The position numbers and the translations under genes are program-made. DNA of 64,000 nucleotides from Ignavibacteriales bacterium. Lineage in GTDB: Bacteria; Bacteroidota; Ignavibacteria; UBA10030; UBA6906. The DNA lies in NCBI GenBank assembly GCA_037441705.1, contig JBBIRR010000017.1:1-64000 (forward strand), read 5' to 3'. Each line of letters opens with the position of its first letter. The stretch's first letter is position 1. Positions 60,430 through 64,000 of the stretch are shown here, piece after piece. The notes below the pieces were generated by a model. That model was not told the origin of the DNA. It did not search any database and was given only the letters and a program-made list of their open reading frames with translations.

Positions 60430-60458
60430 TTGCATTTCCCGCAGTGAACATGTAGATT
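60430..60458 (+). promoter_or_regulatory. sigma70 promoter of ssrA
   Basis: TTGCAT-N17-TAGATT ending 6 nt before the tmRNA 5' end. Confidence 0.65.
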
Positions 60459-60464
60459 AATGCA

Positions 60465-60836
60465 GGGGATGACTTGGATTCGACGGGGAGTGAGATGGTC
60501 AAGAACGCATACCGTGCTCTCCGCGTTGCACGCAAATAAAGCGGAAAACCATAAGTGCCAACTACAACTACGCACTCGCTGCCTAATTGAACGGTAGCAC
60601 GTCTCCCGAGGCTTTGCCTGTCGGGACTCGGTGAGACGACGACTCAGGCAGGATAGCATCGCCCGGGACTCCAGCAGGCGATGCGAACCCCGTCGCAAGC
60701 GGGGAATCTGGAGGTGGTTGTGTCGAGATCCTGTTTGTCGGAGCCGGCACAACGAGATGTGAAAGACAAACTACGTATGTAGTGTTCTTGATGGTCTTCT
60801 CTTCGGACGCGGGTTCGACTCCCGCCATCTCCACCA
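60465..60836 (+). ncRNA. ssrA: tmRNA
   Basis: 5' GGGGATG..GGATTCGAC and 3' GCGGGTTCGACTCCCGC-CATCTCC-ACCA with the G3.U70 pair; tag frame 60557-60586 encodes ANYNYALAA*. Confidence 0.97.
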
Positions 60837-60877
60837 AACGCTCCTGCCACGTATCGACAGGGGCGTTTCCGTTTTTT
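60836..60877 (+). terminator. probable intrinsic terminator after ssrA
   Basis: AAACGCTCCTG ... CAGGGGCGTTT stem followed by a T6 tract. Confidence 0.65.
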
Positions 60878-60919
60878 GGCATCTTGCAACTCAACACGAA
60901 AGTGGTTATTTACCGTGCA

Positions 60920-61798
60920 ATGAAAATCCGTCTGCCCTTCACGAAAATGTCCGGCGCAGGGAACGATTTCGTCGTAATCGACAACATGAGCGGCGATATC
61001 CGGTGCCGTCAGCGCGGCCTCGCTGTCGCACTCTGCGCCCAGCACACCGGAATCGGTGCAGACGGGTTATTGGTTCTCGAGCGCAGCGCAAATGCCGATT
61101 TCTTCATGGCATACTACAACGCGGATGGAAGCTACGGCGGCATGTGCGGCAACGGGGGTCGCTGTGCAGCGCGCTACGCGTACGTGTCGGGTATTTCGCC
61201 TGCGCGCATGACATTCGAAGCTCTCGACCACGTTTATGCGGCCGAAATCGTTGGCGACGCAGTGAAACTTCAGATGAAGAATCCCACACGACATCAGCCG
61301 GATATCCGCGTCCGGCCCGGCACAGTGACCCTCGAAGGCGATTTTATCGACACAGGTTCACCCCACTTCGTAACCGAACAACAGGGACTCGATCACGTTG
61401 ATGTCATGTCCATCGGTCGTCTGATTCGTTTCGACCCAACATTTGCCCCCGATGGATGCAATGTCAATTTTGTTGAGCGCATAGGGGACAACGCGATCGC
61501 CATCCGCACGTACGAACGCGGCGTCGAGGCGGAGACGCTGGCGTGCGGCACCGGCTGCGTCGCGGCAGCACTTGTTGTGGCGCAGCGCTATCAGTTTTCC
61601 TCTCCCGTCGCTCTTCGTGTCCGGAGCGGCGAACAACTTCGTGTGCACTTTCGACGGGACGGAGAGCAATTCTCCGATATCGTTCTCGAAGGAAGCGCGC
61701 ATTTTCTTTTTAGCGGCACGTTGCTCTATGATGCGGAAACGGAAACCATCATTGATTCTCCCGACGTCCTCTCCCACATGAATCAGATCCAACCTTGA
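60920..61798 (+). CDS. dapF: diaminopimelate epimerase
   Basis: KMSGAGNDF, GADG, MCGNGGRC, TGSPH, RTYERGVE.ETLACGTG. Confidence 0.96.
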   Translation: MKIRLPFTKMSGAGNDFVVIDNMSGDIRCRQRGLAVALCAQHTGIGADGLLVLERSANADFFMAYYNADGSYGGMCGNGGRCAARYAYVSGISPARMTFEALDHVYAAEIVGDAVKLQMKNPTRHQPDIRVRPGTVTLEGDFIDTGSPHFVTEQQGLDHVDVMSIGRLIRFDPTFAPDGCNVNFVERIGDNAIAIRTYERGVEAETLACGTGCVAAALVVAQRYQFSSPVALRVRSGEQLRVHFRRDGEQFSDIVLEGSAHFLFSGTLLYDAETETIIDSPDVLSHMNQIQP

Positions 61799-62727
61799 GT
61801 TTGTATTCTTTCATTATCAATCCCGTAGCAGGAAAAGGGAAGGGACGGAAGGCGGCGGAGTTTCTGAAGCACGAAATCGCTCGCCGATCACTGGATGCTG
61901 AAGTCTGCTTTACCAACAAACGCGACGATGCTCGCGTGCTTGCCGCGCAGGCGAGGGCCGGCGTCATCGTTGCCGTTGGGGGTGACGGAACCGTCAACGA
62001 GGTGGTCAATGGGATTGTTGGGACAAACAAGGCGCTTGCTGTTGTGCCCAGCGGCTCGGGGAATGACCTTGTCAAATCCATCGGCGTCCCGGCGGATATG
62101 TCCCGGGCGCTTGAGGTGTTGCGTGAGGGGCGTCGGGCGCTCATTGATGTTGCCGTCGTCCGATGTTCGTCATCCGACCATAGCGGCATTTCGGGCAACT
62201 TGGACGAGCGGTATTTTGTTAATGGTGTAGGAATCGGCTTTGACGCTGCGGTGGCGGAACGCACGACCTCCATCAAGTATCTTGGCGGTTTTGCGCTGTA
62301 CCTGATGGCTGTTCTTCAAACGCTTGGGCGGTATTCTGCGCCGACGTTTCGCATTCGACTCGATGCCGAAAGCATAGAACGGAAACAGCTGCTCATCGCA
62401 ATCGGCAACGGACGATGCGCCGGCGGAGGTTTTTATTTAACGCCGCGCGCGGAGATTGATGACGGCGCGCTGGATGTCTGTTTGATTGATGACATGTCGA
62501 TACCCTCCATTCTGAAGCTGATGCCGAAAGTGATGAAAGGCAAGCACGATAGATTTGCAGGCGTTCGATTGACGAGAACGGAGAGGATCTCCGTCGAAGC
62601 TTCGGAGGGGTTTTACGTTCATGCCGATGGAGAAATTGTTGGTCGCGGTGTTCATAACGTTGATGTCGAAATTCGGAAACGACTATTGCCGGTAATTGTC
62701 GGTGAGAAACTCAAGCATGGAACATAG
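61795..62727 (+). CDS. diacylglycerol/lipid kinase family protein (YegS/DgkB-like)
   Basis: NPVAG, GGDGT, PSGSGND, GIGFDA, DDG.LDV, DGE. Confidence 0.92.
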   Translation: MSLYSFIINPVAGKGKGRKAAEFLKHEIARRSLDAEVCFTNKRDDARVLAAQARAGVIVAVGGDGTVNEVVNGIVGTNKALAVVPSGSGNDLVKSIGVPADMSRALEVLREGRRALIDVAVVRCSSSDHSGISGNLDERYFVNGVGIGFDAAVAERTTSIKYLGGFALYLMAVLQTLGRYSAPTFRIRLDAESIERKQLLIAIGNGRCAGGGFYLTPRAEIDDGALDVCLIDDMSIPSILKLMPKVMKGKHDRFAGVRLTRTERISVEASEGFYVHADGEIVGRGVHNVDVEIRKRLLPVIVGEKLKHGT

Positions 62728-63166
62728 AGAGCAACGAAGCCAGAGGAGGGACTTCCTCTCCAAGCTTCTCGGGGCATGGAGTCTTCTTGTGGTTGCACCG
62801 GTTGCAAAAGTCATTCTCGAATACATAACGCCGCGCGCGCTTTCAGAGACGCGCCGTGAGACCGTTCGTGTCGCTTCCACCGAAGACCTTGCTCTGAACA
62901 CGGCACGCATCTTCAAGGTCGGCAAAGATCCGGTAATTATCGTTCATACGGCGAGCGGCCAATACAAAGCCTTCAATGCCCGCTGTACCCATCTGGGCTG
63001 CGTTGTACAGTACACAACGGAGGACGGACCGCCGCATTTTGGCTGCAACTGCCATGGCAGTCAGTTCGACATCAATGGAAAAAACATCGTCGGTCCGGCC
63101 TCACGACCGCTCGTACCGTACAAAGTTATCGTTCGAGAATCTTCCATTCTCGTTGCCAAAACCTGA
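62717..63166 (+). CDS. petC: Rieske 2Fe-2S subunit of a Rieske/cytochrome b complex
   Basis: Tat motif RRDFL, CTHLGC and CNCHGS boxes, GP..RPL. Confidence 0.92.
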   Translation: MEHREQRSQRRDFLSKLLGAWSLLVVAPVAKVILEYITPRALSETRRETVRVASTEDLALNTARIFKVGKDPVIIVHTASGQYKAFNARCTHLGCVVQYTTEDGPPHFGCNCHGSQFDINGKNIVGPASRPLVPYKVIVRESSILVAKT

Positions 63167-63175
63167 TGGGCGTTC

Positions 63176-64000
63176 ATGCAGACTCTGCAGCAATCTCAAC
63201 GGAGAATTTACGCCTGGCTTGACGAGCGCCTTCCGGTGCGAGCTGTTATCGAGTTTATGTCTCGTAAAACAGTTCCACGTCACAAGCATTCGTTCTGGTA
63301 CTTCTTTGGCGGCTTGACGCTATTCTTCTTCTGTGTGCAAATCATCACCGGCATCCTCCTTGCGCTGTATTACAAGCCCACCCCCGAACTTGCGCACGAA
63401 AGCGTCCGAAAGATCATCACCGAAGTACCCCACGGTTGGTTGATACGATCAATTCACAGTTGGTCTGCGAACCTGATGGTGGCGTCCTTGTTTATTCACA
63501 TGTTCAGCGTGTTTCTTATGAGGGCGTACAGGAAGCCGCGCGAGCTGTTGTGGGTCTCCGGCGTACTCCTGATGTTTCTCGTGTTCGGGTTCTGCTTCAC
63601 CGGGTATCTGCTGCCGTGGGATACGACCGCATACTTTGCCACGCTCATAGGCACGGAAGTGCCAAGGACACTTCCGATCATTGGCGATTGGGGCGTGAGC
63701 TTGCTTAAAGGGGAAGAAGAAGTCGGCGCCGAAACGCTCTCTCGCATGTTTACGATTCATGTTACCATCTTGCCCCTCACTGCATTATTGGTGGTTTGCT
63801 TTCATCTCCTCCTCAGTCAGCTTCTCGGTTCGAGCGTCCCCATTGGCGCTGCCGAAAGGAAGCCGGCCATTCCATTTTTCCCGAACTTCGCGCTGCGCGA
63901 CTCCATCGCATGGACAATCGGCGCCCTGGTGTTGTTCATCCTTGCAGTTATGAAGCCGTGGGAGCTTGGACCCGTGGCCGACCCCTATGCCTCTGCCCCT
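63176..64000 (+). CDS. petB: cytochrome b (partial, runs off the window end)
   Basis: Not in the ORF track because it has no stop. MQTLQ..WLDERL..WYFFGG..QIITG..RSIHSWSAN..IHMF..FTGYLLPWD..IHVTILP..FH..PFFPNF. Confidence 0.94.
   Translation, partial: MQTLQQSQRRIYAWLDERLPVRAVIEFMSRKTVPRHKHSFWYFFGGLTLFFFCVQIITGILLALYYKPTPELAHESVRKIITEVPHGWLIRSIHSWSANLMVASLFIHMFSVFLMRAYRKPRELLWVSGVLLMFLVFGFCFTGYLLPWDTTAYFATLIGTEVPRTLPIIGDWGVSLLKGEEEVGAETLSRMFTIHVTILPLTALLVVCFHLLLSQLLGSSVPIGAAERKPAIPFFPNFALRDSIAWTIGALVLFILAVMKPWELGPVADPYASAP

Noticed and set aside
57449-60877. Possible island between tRNA-Lys and tmRNA, both common integration sites
   Set aside because: No integrase, no duplicated tRNA/tmRNA 3' end seen, and the intervening genes are housekeeping-like.
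63166-63222. ATG overlapping the Rieske stop as the cytochrome b start
   Set aside because: That frame closes after 18 codons; the cytochrome b frame starts at ATG 63176.
1-64000. CRISPR arrays, IS elements, prophage or defence systems
   Set aside because: No regularly spaced repeats, or transposase, integrase, phage structural or defence motifs, were seen by eye. Short or degenerate elements could have been missed.

Overview
Gene-dense, almost entirely plus-strand bacterial chromosomal segment. It most likely comes from an Ignavibacteria/Chlorobi-side member of the FCB group. This is inference from a T9SS-type C-terminal domain, D-S/T-x sequon-rich exported proteins, bshB1, CxxxY-type CcmE and canonical TTGACA/TATAAT-like promoters. 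Contents, in order: (1) the tail of an AT-richer surface-polysaccharide locus (DUF362, CapK/PaaK-like ligase, bi-domain oxidoreductase, alpha/alpha-toroid protein, WecG/TagA-type glycosyltransferase, wecB); (2) priming glycosyltransferase, ugd, UDP-GlcA decarboxylase, DUF2279 and Wzi; (3) a bcp-PTPS(II)-folE-SDR operon that looks like a tetrahydrobiopterin pathway; (4) Spy/CpxP-like protein, TPR lipoprotein, pyrK-pyrD-folC; (5) rho-thiolase-hbd-acyl-CoA dehydrogenase; (6) three tandem small beta-barrel OMPs; (7) lemA-TPM, a ~1990 aa PAS/GAF histidine kinase with a degenerate KaiC/RecA-like N-terminus, a REC protein with a His-less DHp, and a stand-alone nitrilase-family glutaminase; (8) bamD, thioesterase, FG-GAP protein, T9SS metalloprotease and ccmABCDEF (System I*); (9) DUF2231 and bshB1 on the minus strand; (10) xseAB-dxs-ribD-ribE, secG, tRNA-Lys, ygfZ-like, AlkZ-like, LOG, tmRNA, dapF, lipid kinase, Rieske and a partial cytochrome b. 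No CRISPR array, integrase, transposase or prophage gene was seen. All family calls come from motif recognition by eye, not database searches.
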